A program made the position numbers and the translations under genes. The notes beneath the pieces were generated by a model, which did not search any database, was not told the DNA's origin, and saw only the letters and a program-made list of their open reading frames with translations. From NCBI RefSeq assembly GCF_009914755.1, contig NC_060935.1: 64,000 bases of DNA; one strand, given 5' to 3'. This DNA is from the human T2T-CHM13v2.0 reference genome, Homo sapiens. This document shows, piece after piece, positions 38,805 to 51,647 of the stretch; within the stretch, counting starts at the first letter, position 1, and each line of letters starts with the position of its first letter.

Positions 38805-39411
38805 CTGCCCCCGAGACCCACTCAGCGTCATCCTTCCCTTCAAGCCACAGATCACACCCACCCGGGGCTGCCACGCCCCCTCTGTCCACACAGCCCCGAC
38901 CCACACAGCCCAGCACTTTTAGTTCTGTTTCCTCACACTCCCCTCCCCCTGCCAGCGGAGACCACACAGAGACCCAGATCACAGGGACAGGAGAGCCAGT
39001 GGCAGAAACCGACCTAGGACACAGACAAAAACAGAAAGATAAAGGGACAGAGAAAAAGACTGCGGGCTAGGGATGCAAGACAGACAGACACGGGAACACA
39101 AGAAGTGAAACAGAGACAGACACTCCGGGACAGGACACGAGTTCCTAACACACAGGGTGGGGGGAGGCCACATGCCCACCCACATACAGCCAGGGCCTGG
39201 GGGAGCCACACCAGAGCCCCGACCCCTGGCCCAGAGCGCTGTGGCTACACGTGACTCCTGACCCCCGTATGGCAAGAGAGTGAGGTGGGGGAAGGGGAAG
39301 CCTCCCGGGAAATGGCTGCCCACTCTCTGTCTGGTAGTCCTCAGGGTCTGACAGGCAGCTGGGCACCCCCACAACACCCTGACAGGCAGACAGTCCCATG
39401 CCTGGCCCCAC

Positions 39412-39479
39412 CTTCTTGGTCATCACTCTGGCTGGGGCCCCCGGCCCCTCCTCTGGGACCTCATCGTAGTCAGAGTCAT
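39412..39479 (-). CDS. ARAP1: ARAP1 exon 5 (DDSDYDEVP...VMTKK); contains Met246, the likely start of the short isoform
   Basis: AG/GT, 68 nt. Confidence 0.92.
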
Positions 39480-39801
39480 CTGGTGAGAGAGGGGTTGGGG
39501 GGCCTCAGGGCAAGGGGCCTGGCCTCCTCTCCTGGGGCACCACACTGGGCTTCACAAAGCCTCCCCCATGCCAAGACCCCCATCCCCACCTCCCCCTGGC
39601 TTTCAAAAAAAGGCACAGGGGACAGGAAGTGCGATTTATACCCCCAGGCCTCATAGGACAGTACTAAAGGGTGGCAGAGGAGAAGCTGGGACACCACAAG
39701 GAGGTCTGAGCCAGTGGTGAGCTTGGGGGTTGGGGTAAGGACTGTCAAAGGCAACAAGAATCAACAAATGTGGCCAACCCCAGGAAAAGCAAACCACCTC
39801 T

Positions 39802-40582
<781 letters not shown>

Positions 40583-41804
40583 TCACTAAGCAACAGAGCC
40601 AAGACTGAAACATACTGAGCCCCCAGCTCACCTGAACTGCAGCAAAACTCAGGCACTACACAAACTCACACAGACAGGAGCCCTCCTGCACACAGTCCTC
40701 CTCAACTCATCTCCCAGACCAAAACCCCTCCTGGTTCCCCGAAGCCTAAAGGAAGCAGGCACCCTCTTTGGCCTGAATGAGGTGTTCACCTATCCCCAGT
40801 GCTCTAGCTTTTAGTCACATATATCTACTGGGTCTCCACACTGAAGGAGGGATAAAGACCAGAATGGGGAGTCAGGGAAGGATTCGTGGAGAAGGTGATG
40901 CTTGACCTGAGCTTTTAAGGATAAGAAGGCATTGACGGCAAAGAGAAGGGACAGGATTGAAATGAGCTGCAAGGCCCGAGGCACAGACCAGAGCCTCAGA
41001 AACCAATTCCTAAGGCCCTGAATTGTGGGTCTCTGTCTCAAGATCACCTTGCTCTTGCCCAGATTTGGATATTCACTACCTCCTGGTGCCCTCAGACTCC
41101 TCAAACTCACCTGATCCCACCAGACCCATCTCCCACACCTCTGCTACCTCACCCCACTCACTCACCTCTGCTACCACTCCCCAGGGAACCCTCCCCTGAT
41201 TCTCCAAGGCCAAGTTCAGGGCCTCCTGGGCTCTCACGGCCCCACAGTGTTCCCATCTGTCTCAGTACAGATCACATTGCTTCTGGCAGGCTGTCTTCTG
41301 AAGGGCTGTGGCATCAAGGACATGAATTTGAATCCTGCCTTAGTTTCTTAGTTCTTGTGTGTCCTGGGGTGAGCACCTAGCCCCTCTGAGCCTCAGTTTC
41401 CTCTTCTGTGAAACGGGGGCTATATCACTGACCTGGCAGGGTGCTAGAAGGATTAACCAAGACAGGATGTGTCATGTGCCAGTGCACAGGATGCACGGGG
41501 ACTACAGGCTGGAACAAGGTGCCTGAGCCCTGGAGGCCTGGCCCCACCAGCTGTCTCTGCCAGTGCCCTGCAGGGGCCAAGGAGGAGAATCAGGGTGGAT
41601 GGGCTTATTTTTGGCCTTGTCTGTTGCCCTGGTGTTCCTGGCTGATGGTGTGGGGCTACCGTGAAAGCAAGGAAGGGCTGGGAGGCAGTGACAGGGTCTG
41701 CCTGGGGTGTGGTCATGATGCCAGGCCTTTCCTCCTGCTGTTGCCTCCACCAGTAACACCCTTCTCCCTGTTCTCTGCCTGGGAATATCCACTAGTTTTT
41801 TAAC

Positions 41805-42036
41805 TTCTTTTTTTTTTTTTTTTTTTTAAGAGACTGGGTCTCACTCTGTGGCAGACTGGAGTGCAATGGCACAATCACAGCTCACTGCAGCCTCAAACTC
41901 CCGAGTTCAAGTGATCCTCTGACTTCAGCCTCCCGAGTAGGTGGGTCTCAAGGTGTAGAGACTGGGTCTTGTTATGTTGCCCAGGCTGGTTTTGAACTCC
42001 TGGCATCAAGCAATCCTCCCACCTCGGCTTCCCAAA
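41805..42036 (-). mobile_element. AluJ (partial)
   Basis: Poly-T plus Alu body with internal deletion. Confidence 0.85.
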
Positions 42037-42129
42037 GCAATCCTTTAACTCTAAAACCACATTTCCCTTCTCTGAAAGTCTTCCTTGACCCTCCTTTATG
42101 CTGCTCTCCATTAAGACCTTCATACAAAT

Positions 42130-42467
<338 letters not shown>

Positions 42468-43856
42468 TCAAAGTATCTCCTTTGTGCCAAGATCTGAACC
42501 CTGACTCCAAAGTTTATGAGCTTCTTAGGACACTTGGCTACTTCCACATCACCTTCTACTATACTTGTCTCTTCTCCAGGTGTAGATAAAAGTTAACCAA
42601 ACCCTTTCCTCTTCTGTGTGAAGAGCTGGCCTTCGGCTAGGTTTCCAGCTCTGTTCCCCTAGAAACCTGCAAACGGTGGCGTGTCAGCCCTGTTACCAGG
42701 CAACCACTGCCTTTGGCAGCATGGCCTGTGGAGGAACAGCATCTGGACGGAGAGAAACTATAAGCAGATTCTATATCTGGTAGAGAAACCGGAGCTTTGA
42801 GCTTCGCTCAGTGTGGTGACTTGCAAACTGGGCACATCGCACACAGGGAGTTGAAGCCACACCTGTGGGGATGTTAGAAAACTACTGGCCCCTTAGGTAA
42901 GAGCTTTCAAAGCCAGGATGGCTCCCTATGAGTCACTATCCACTGTGAGACCCAGTCCTTCACTCCTGAGCTGTCACTTGGAGGGCCACAGAGAATGGCT
43001 CCTGGACAGCTGCATGGGCTGTGGCTCGGATCGCTTCAAAGACCCCATGGCAGACGAAGGCCTGCCACTGCCCTGGCGGCAAGCTGCTCCCTACCCAACG
43101 GGCCTCTCTGGGAATCTGGGGCCAAGGGGTGGGCCTGTGGGAGTCTTGAGTCGGAACGTACTCTCACAGCTGGACCTATGAAGACCCCCTGGTGGGCACT
43201 GCACCAGGCCGTCTCCCCTACATGACCTGAGTCCCTTTGGGGCAGGGGCAGCATCTGACTTGGTACCCCCGCAGCCCAGTCAGTAGCAATAGCATGTGGA
43301 CAAGGTGGGTGGACAGGTGGGCAGGTGGAAGGGAAGGCAACGGAAGGGGTGAACGATGACCAAGCAACTGAGGGAGTGCCTGAAGGCCCAAGAGCATGAG
43401 CTGGGGTGCTGGCCCCAGCTGGTCACCTGCGATTCCCTTAGAGACTTCTTGATGGGCAAATCAATCCATCACTGCTGCCTCCCAGAGCCCAAGAGGAAGG
43501 CGCCTTGGAAACCCGGCCTGGGATCAGCAGAGAGCAGAATTCCAAGCTGTCAGGCCAGGGCCAGTCAGACCTCAGTCCAGGGAGGTGGGGACAGGTGCCA
43601 TCTCTCCAATGCCAAGCAGGATTGAGGGAGCCTGGCTCCCAAAGCTCCCCCAGGTCTGAGGGCCAGAGCTGAGGGGAAGGTGGTAACCATAAATAAAAAC
43701 TGCCCACCTGCTCGTCCGCATCCCTGGGGTCCGGCAGCATCAGCCCCCCTCCTCTGGCACCACAGTGCATCTCCCATCACTGTCCTGATCAACTGCGACG
43801 GGTCTGTGCATCTTGGGCAGCAGGCACGTTCCCTGAAGCAAGCTCCACACCCTCCT

Positions 43857-44231
43857 TCCTCATTGGGGTAACTCCAGCACTCAGCAGGGACTTACAAACA
43901 CCTGGATTCATTAATTGTGTGTATGCGTGTCTACATGTGTGTGTTCCCAGCCATTTTCTGAGCACTTGACATGGATTCTTCATTCATCTACTCACAGCGC
44001 TCTGTAAGGCTTGTCATGATTCCACTTTACAGAGGAGAAAACCGAGGCACAGGGATGCTAGGTTATTTGTTCTTGGTGCCACAGCTGGGATGTGAACCCT
44101 GGCAGCCCAGTACCACAGCTGAGCAAATGAGGCCATGCCAGGGTCCCAGGGCTCCTCTGAGGCCAGCCTCCTCCCATGGGCAGCCAGGTCTCAGGACCCA
44201 TCTGAGAGGGAACACATCACTGCCCTGCCCA
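43857..44231 (+). repeat. Local duplication copy 1 (about 375 bp, contains a MIR fragment)
   Basis: Aligns by eye to 45105-45484 along its whole length. Confidence 0.92.
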
Positions 44232-45104
44232 CGGCAAGAAGGGAGAGGGAAACAGATGCAAAGGGCTCCTCTCCCAGCAGAGCTTCCACAGGGAAGGGAC
44301 CGTGTCTCACGAAGGTGGAACACAGGGGCCTCTCGGAAGCATCTGGGAAATTCTAGCCACCTTCTCCAGGAAGTCTCCTGGCTGCTCCCTGCCTGCCTGC
44401 TTACCACAGGGTATCAGGGCACTGCTGAGTCAGGACGGAGCCCAGGAAAGGAGAAGTGCTTTCAGGAAGGCACAACATGTGGGAAAACCCCAGGGAAAAG
44501 GCAGTGACCCCCTACCGAGAACAGGGCCCACAGAATGCCCCCGCCATAGCCCAAGTCCCAGCCTCTCACTGCTTGCACCCCTAAGAGTAGGCCCCGCTCC
44601 AATCCCGAGGTCCAGCTGAGGCCCGGCTTGGATGTCACCCACTGACTTGTCACCCACTGGACCACGTCCTCAATGGCGCCACCTCCAAGCCTTCACACAG
44701 TTTCATCCTCCTCTGCCCTCTCCCTCCCGTAGCCCACAGAAGCCCACCTCCACCTCAAAATGCAGCTCAGCCGGCCTCCTCCTCTAGGCAACCTCCAAGA
44801 TTCTCCCACAGAGCTGCTCCCCACTCACCCCGCACTGCAGCTCCCTCTCCCCTCTACCCAAGGGGCATGTGAACCCACCTGCTTACCCACTATTCCCGAG
44901 AGACTAGGCACCCCGGGCAGCTAAGGGGTTGGTTCACCCCAGCCTGGGCCCTCAGCCTAAATCTATTTTATAGAATCAGAGAAAATACATGCAGCAGACC
45001 TCATGCCTGGGGGTTAGGTGACATGGTGGGTAGGCAAAATGCAGAATGGGTAAGAGGAGGGTGCAGCTTGTGCAGAAGTTGAGAGGCAGACCATGGACAT
45101 CCCA

Positions 45105-45484
45105 TCCTCATTGGGGTATCTCCAGCACTCAGCAGGGACTTACAAACACCTGGATTCATTAACTCTGTGTGTGCGTGTCTACGTGTATGTGTTCCCAGGC
45201 ATTTTCTGAGCACTTGACATGGATTCTTCATTCATCTACTCACAGTGCTCTGTAAGGTAAGGCTCGTGATGATTCCACTTTACAGAGGAGGAAACCGAGG
45301 CACAGGGATGTTGGATTATTTGTTCTTGATGCCACAGCTGGTATTTGAACCCTGGCAGCCCAGCACCACAGCCGAGCAAACAAGGCCATGCCAGGGTCCC
45401 AGGGCTTCTCTGAGGCCAGTCTCCTCCCATGGGCCACCAGGTCTCAGGACTCATCTGAGAGGGAACACATCACTGCCCTGCCCA
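45105..45484 (+). repeat. Local duplication copy 2
   Basis: Direct copy of 43857-44231 with scattered substitutions and a 5-nt GTAAG duplication. Confidence 0.92.
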
Positions 45485-45503
45485 AGGTCACCCTCCTCTT
45501 ACC

Positions 45504-45634
45504 CATGACCACATAATTCATTGTATAAACCACAAACACTTCTAAGAGTTAAAAGAGGCACTATTAATAACTATGTCAGGGCAGCAGGCATAAACAGGGC
45601 CTGTCCCACGTCAAATGAGATGTGTGGTTACTCA
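45504..45634. mobile_element. MER94-like hAT relic
   Basis: TGACCACATAATT...CTATTAATAA...GTGGTTACTC resembles my recollection of the MER94 consensus. Confidence 0.5.
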
Positions 45635-48088
45635 ATTAACTAGAGACAGGGCTTGGAGCCAGGCAGACCTGGGCTTGAACTCAGCTCAACTCATTGGTTT
45701 GGGACCTTGAGCAGGTCCCTTCCTCTCCGAGCCTCAGTCTCCAGGCTTACTGATAATTCAGTAAAGGAGGGCCACTTGCACATGGCATCAACAGAACCTC
45801 TTCACCTTGAAGGAGACCCAGGCCCTACAGGCTGAGCCAGGAACCAGCTTCATAGCCTTAGCGGCCTCTAATGCCACCTCCTTCTCCTTCACCCCTACCC
45901 GTTCCTATCTTTCTGTCTATACCAATCTCTGGCCGAAAGAACCAGGTGTCACTGTGAGAGAAGGAAGGCCACAGAGTGGAGCAGTCTGCATATCTCAGGC
46001 TGACCCTGGACTCACCCCACTACTCACACTCCAGCCCTCCCTGACTGAGCTGCAGTCTATCAGTGCATACTTACAGGCCTTTAATACTCTGTTCCTTCCA
46101 CCTGGAACACCCTCCCCTGCCTGGCCAACTCCTAGTCCTCCTATAAAAAGCCCAAATCATACATCCATCCTCCCCACTATCGCAGGCCTCCCCTCACATC
46201 TCAGGCTGATCTGGGGCCTCCCTGGGGCTCCCCACAATTCTGATCACTCAATATGGTCATATCAATGTGTGCTTCACTGAACTGCCTCAGAGGACTGAGG
46301 ACCCAGACCTAACCCCATCCTAGAGTCACCACCTCCCCACAAGATGTCACACAGGTCTTGGAGGGACCTGGCCCAATCCCAGCCCCTGGACTCTCACCAT
46401 CAGGGCTGCCGGCCCAGTGATCTGGGGACATCTGTGTCCCACCCTGATGTCTCCATTCCACAGGGGTAAACTGTCCCAGCTGCCCGCTTCCTCAATCATG
46501 CTCTGGACTCTCAGGGGCCCGGGCCTCAGTCCTATGCCTCCTGCTTCCTCTGTGGCTTCTTCCTTCCTCCTCCATCATGAGACCCAAAGGTCATCCCCTC
46601 CAGCACTCTCCTGGTTCTGCTCTGTTCACTTCTGCCTAGCCCCCAGCATAGACAGCCCTTCCTAGGGTCTCACTTGCTAGAATGGGATGTCCACGGTCTG
46701 CTTCTCTCAACTTCTGCACAAGCCGGGAGCCCCTAGGGCCAGTCCTCTCCATGCCGCCAGCAGTTCCCAGCACAGAAGGGGCTTTAGTAAGTGGGTACTG
46801 AATGACCACCACCCTACTCGCATCCTCATCACTGGAGAAGGTCTGCAGCTCCCCAAACTCTCCATACAGCAGTGCCCAGTTAACCTGGAGCCCATCCTCA
46901 CAACCGCGCCTTCACCCAGCTCTCAGCACTTCTCCCTGGGACAACAGCTACCACTTGCTAAGCGCTCACTATGTGCCAAACATTCTGCTAGGGGCTTTTT
47001 TTCATATAATGACCTGGGATTATTAACTCCATTGTGCTCAGGGCATGCCTCCTCCTCCAGGAAGTCCATCAAACCGCTCCCTCCCTCCTCTAAGCCCACA
47101 CAACCTGTTTGACCTTCCACCACCAGACCTACACTCAGCTTTCCCACAGGCCAGCCCTGCTGTCTGGGCAGGAGGTGGCAGAGGCCCCTTTCCCATGGCA
47201 GCTCTAAGCGCTTCCCAGGCCTGGCCCTGTGCTGGCTCCTGAGGGCAGCAGCAGGAGGAAGTTCATCCTCAGGGAGCTCACAGAAGTACTGAGCTCTTCC
47301 TGGGTCCAGCCCAGGCCTGGCCTGGCCTGGCAGAAAGAGCAGGTGCAGTTATCCGCTGGGCCCTATGGAAAAGATGAGCCAAGGGCACAGGGCAGGGCTG
47401 AAGAGTGCCGGGTGGGTGGACAGGACTTGGTTAGAGGTCTATGTCCCCAATAAGCCAAGCACAGGATTGTTGAATTCATTAGGGATCCACGGTAACTCAG
47501 GAAAGGGGAGACCAGCCCCCACACTCCATAAGCACCCACCACAGCACCAGTCCTGGGGAGGAGGGGTAAGCAGCACACCATCTCCCCATCACCCTGGTCT
47601 GGGGGTGAGAGGTTCAGAATCACAGCACCCTTGAACTTGACAGTGAAATAAGCCAAACTAAGCCTCCCCAACGAATCCCCAGAGGGGTGTAGGGAGGTGG
47701 GAGCAGAGAAGTAAGGTGATCAGCACCAGGCCCCCAAGGGGCAAGAACCCCAAAGAGGAGTATTCTGTGGGGCAGAGTCTGAGAAAGGCCCAGAAAACAG
47801 GCACCGTGGGCTCCTGGTGGACCCAGGAGAGGCGTATGGGGAGGTGGAGACCTAGAAAGCCCAGGGAAGAGGGAGGGATGAGACAAGGGGAGAAAAGGAA
47901 AAGGCAGGGGAAAAAGAGAAGAAGTGGGGAAAGTGAAATAAGACAAAACTCTAAGAGAAAAAAAGAGAAGGGGGAGGAGAGCAGCACAGAAAACCAGGCC
48001 AGAGGTGACAGACAGGGACTTCAGCCCTCCCAGGGCCTCCCTCCTACGTGCCCAACAGCAACAACAGCAACGGCGGCACCTCGCTTAC

Positions 48089-48640
48089 CCTCAGACGCCT
48101 GCTGGGTCTTGGGGCTGAGGACTCCCACAGCTCCGGCCAGGCGGGCTGCGTATGCCCAAGAATGTCGTGTACCTGCCCGTGCAAGCCTGGGTCCCGCCTG
48201 GGCTGGTCTCGCAAACAGCCTGGCCCCTGGCCCCTGGGTGGGTCTGAGGCTGCGTTCTCTTGGAGGTTTTTGAGCCCAGGTATGGCTTTGCACCTGTGAT
48301 TTATGTCTTTAAGTGTTTGTGAATCACTTCTCTACGTGCGTGTGTGTTTGTTTCTGTGTATAACTGTGGATCTGTCCAGGAGGAAAGGACAGAGAGAGAG
48401 AGAGAGAGAGAAAGACAGAGGGAGAGAGAGAGAGAGTGTGTGTGAGTGTGTGTGACTCTGTGTGTCTGTGTGTATGTGTGTGTGTATGTCTGCACCCAGC
48501 TCTGGTCTCCCGGAGGCTTCCTGCTTTGTGTCTCCCCCACCTCCTGCAGCCGTGGCCAACACACACACTTCCTGAAAACACTGAGAAAGCGAAAAGTCAC
48601 CCAGAATCCCCCGGGGCAGACACTTCCTCCCCGCCCCCAG
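48089..48640 (-). promoter_or_regulatory. ARAP1: ARAP1 internal promoter and alternative non-coding first exon (short, SAM-less isoform)
   Basis: Strong donor GG|GTAAGC at 48088; local CpG enrichment; GC box 48629-48637; ETS motifs; no AUG on the minus strand from 48089 to about 48700. Agrees with my recollection of a short isoform starting MTKK. Confidence 0.7.
48388..48488. repeat. Compound (GA)n/(GT)n microsatellite
   Basis: Seen directly. Confidence 0.9.
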
Positions 48641-49227
48641 GCTGCACCCCCACCCAAGCTGGGAAGAGACAACCAACAGTGTCCACTGATCTTGCAGGCC
48701 CTCACAGGGTGGATGCCCAGGAAGTCCTGACTGACAAGCCCTGGCGGTGGCCTCTCCACCACTCCACCCGCATAAGGAGACAGAGAGGCTAGGAAAGAGG
48801 CTCTCTGAAGGGCGCAAGTTCTGCCCTGGCAACAAGTGATCAGCCTCCAGGAAGACCAGGGATTGGCTGGACTGCAGGGCAGTCAAGGGCACAGGAGGGA
48901 AGCCTTGGCAGTGTGGCTCCAGCTGGGCAGCTGCCTTCTGGGCACACACTCCTTCTTCCTGAGGTGCCTCCAGGCATCCAGGTATCAGAGGGGGACACCA
49001 AAGGCCAGAGCAAGCTGGGAGGGGATCTGCGGCATGACCCTGGAACCTCACATCAGAAACGACCCCTCTGCCACCCTCAGGGAAGCCAGTTCACAGGGCT
49101 CATGTCTGCGGCATTTAAGAGCTGAGTAGACCTGACCTGAAGCCAGGAGGCAGGGTCTGGGCACCGGCTTCCCTTCTGCAGGGCTGGGTGACTCTGGGCA
49201 AGTTTCTCAGCATCTCTGGGCTCCTCA

Positions 49228-49580
<353 letters not shown>

Positions 49581-51501
49581 AGCAGGGGGTGCAGACTCTG
49601 GGGGTGATGTAGAGTCCCCCTAGGCCAGGCAGAATCATGAGCCTGGTTCTGAGAGTCCTGGGCCATGCCAAGGCCAGGAGGAGGGAACTCCATCCTTGCT
49701 TGTTTTCTGATTTGCCTAAACCTTGGTCTGTGGCCTACAATCCTATCACAGCCTCGTTCTTCCCACCTGTCTCCTCTGAAGACCTCTCCCTTCCTAAAAT
49801 ATCTGGGATGACGTAGGTTGGGTAGTAGGATGGGGGACAGGGAGCTGGGGCGGTGAGCTCAGGGCCCTATGGCCCAGCTGTGCTGAGGGCACTCACTGGG
49901 TGCTGAGTCACATGCGTGTTTACCCACATGCACCCCAAGCTCAGCACGTGCCAGTACACAAGCTCACGTTGGCAATCATTTACTCACCCACACGATATAC
50001 TTCCCAAGGGCCTATTAGGCATCCAGCACTGTTCTAGATGTTGGGGATTCTGCAGCAAACAAAATCGACTAGGATCCTGGCCCCAGTGGAGCTGCCATCC
50101 TAATGGGCTCTCCCTCTTGGCAGCACATGTACACACACGTGCACACACTGGCTCAAGCCTGACAGTGCACAAATAACACAAATGTCATGTTCTGCTCAAA
50201 CAGCACGTGCACACTCGCGGATGTACTCACACACTGTTGGGGTCTCCACCACAGCAGTAATTGAGCACAAAGGTCCTGATAAACTCACATACACACCACT
50301 CCATGTCACCACTGAAACTGCACAAATCCCTACATGCTTCTACATCTTAGTAGCACACACTCTCAGAACCTGTCTGAATGTGTAAATGCACAGACATTCT
50401 ACTACCCTGACAGCTTGTACTACCACCCACACCCATCTGTATGGGTGCACACACAGACTGGCCCAGACATGCCTCACACTGACTCGAGACACTGAGAGTA
50501 CACACATGCACACGCATCCACCCCCAAGCTCCACTGGGGAGCCTGGAGATGACCGGCCTCAGCCACCACATGACCTTGTGTGAAAGGCCCTAAGGTTGAG
50601 AGAGTGAGTTCCCCATCATGAGGGGTTGCAAGCAGGGGTAGGAAGGCCATGTCATGAGACACTGTGATGGGACTCCCACAAGGCGGGGGTGGGCAGGAGC
50701 AGTGTTCCTCTCTACATGCCATGGAGCCTGGGGATCACAGGAAGGGACTGAGAGCGGACAAGGTGGCCAGTCAGGGTCCATGTTGGCCCCCACCCTGATC
50801 ACTACAGCACTCAGTCTTGGCCTGGTATACACACATGAGGCTCCATCTGCTGTGAGTTTTTCCTACCACAGGGCTTTGAAGACCATACACTCTCTGAGTT
50901 GAGTGTGTACAAAGCTGAAGACTGCATATGCCCATGACTCCAACTGCCAAAGACCCCAGGACACAGGAAGCCAGGCTTGGTAGCTTACCCACTACCATAC
51001 TCTGCCGTAAGGAATAGTCCCAAATTGCAGGAAATACTTTTCTTCCAATTCTCTTAGCACAGAACAGATTTTGGGTACTCAAACTACAAGGGGCTAGACC
51101 TTTTCCCGACCATGGCGCCTGGCCTCCTCCTCATGTTGCCTAAATGGCTATGTTCAGACAGGCTCTGAGAGTAGGCATTGGTACCCTGGAGCCCTGGGGT
51201 GTGGACAGGACTTCCTCCTACCCAGCAAGCCTCCTGAACTCAGATGTCAGTGCCAGGAGGGCCCAGAAGTCTATGGAGGACCACAGAGGGCACCTGATGG
51301 GGAAACAGGCCCAGAGAAGCAGGTCCTCATCAGAGTCACAAAGCTAGCTGGGCCCGACCCAGGCATCCTGCCTCCCAAGCAGGAACCCAGGCCTCCACTG
51401 CCCGTCCGGGAGTCACAGGAAGGGCCTGAGAGGGGACCTGGCCAGGGCCCTGCTTCTTCCCTTTGTTCACCCACTTCCAACCCCAGAGACAGACAGACAG
51501 A

Positions 51502-51575
51502 CTTTCTCTTCTCTATCCTCTTCTCTCTTCTAACCTCTCTCTCTCTCTCTCTCTCTCTTTTTCTCTCTCTCTCTC
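51502..51575. repeat. (CT)n microsatellite
   Basis: Seen directly. Confidence 0.9.
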
Positions 51576-51628
51576 CCCCCCACAAGCTGATGGGGTTGAA
51601 ATAGAAAACGCTCCTGCATGCAGAAGAA

Positions 51629-51647
51629 TGGTCACTAGAGGGCGCAA
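51629..51647 (+). promoter_or_regulatory. Candidate CTCF site
   Basis: TGGTCACTAGAGGGCGCAA vs core CCACYAGRGGGCGC, with TGCAG just upstream. Confidence 0.6.

Noticed and set aside
38222-39070. 282-aa plus-strand ORF
   Set aside because: Antisense to ARAP1 exons 6-7 in GC-rich DNA and starts in an Alu.
45046-45506. Novel MITE defined by 18-bp terminal inverted repeats
   Set aside because: No TSD, and the interior is fully explained by copies of neighbouring sequence; template switching is simpler.
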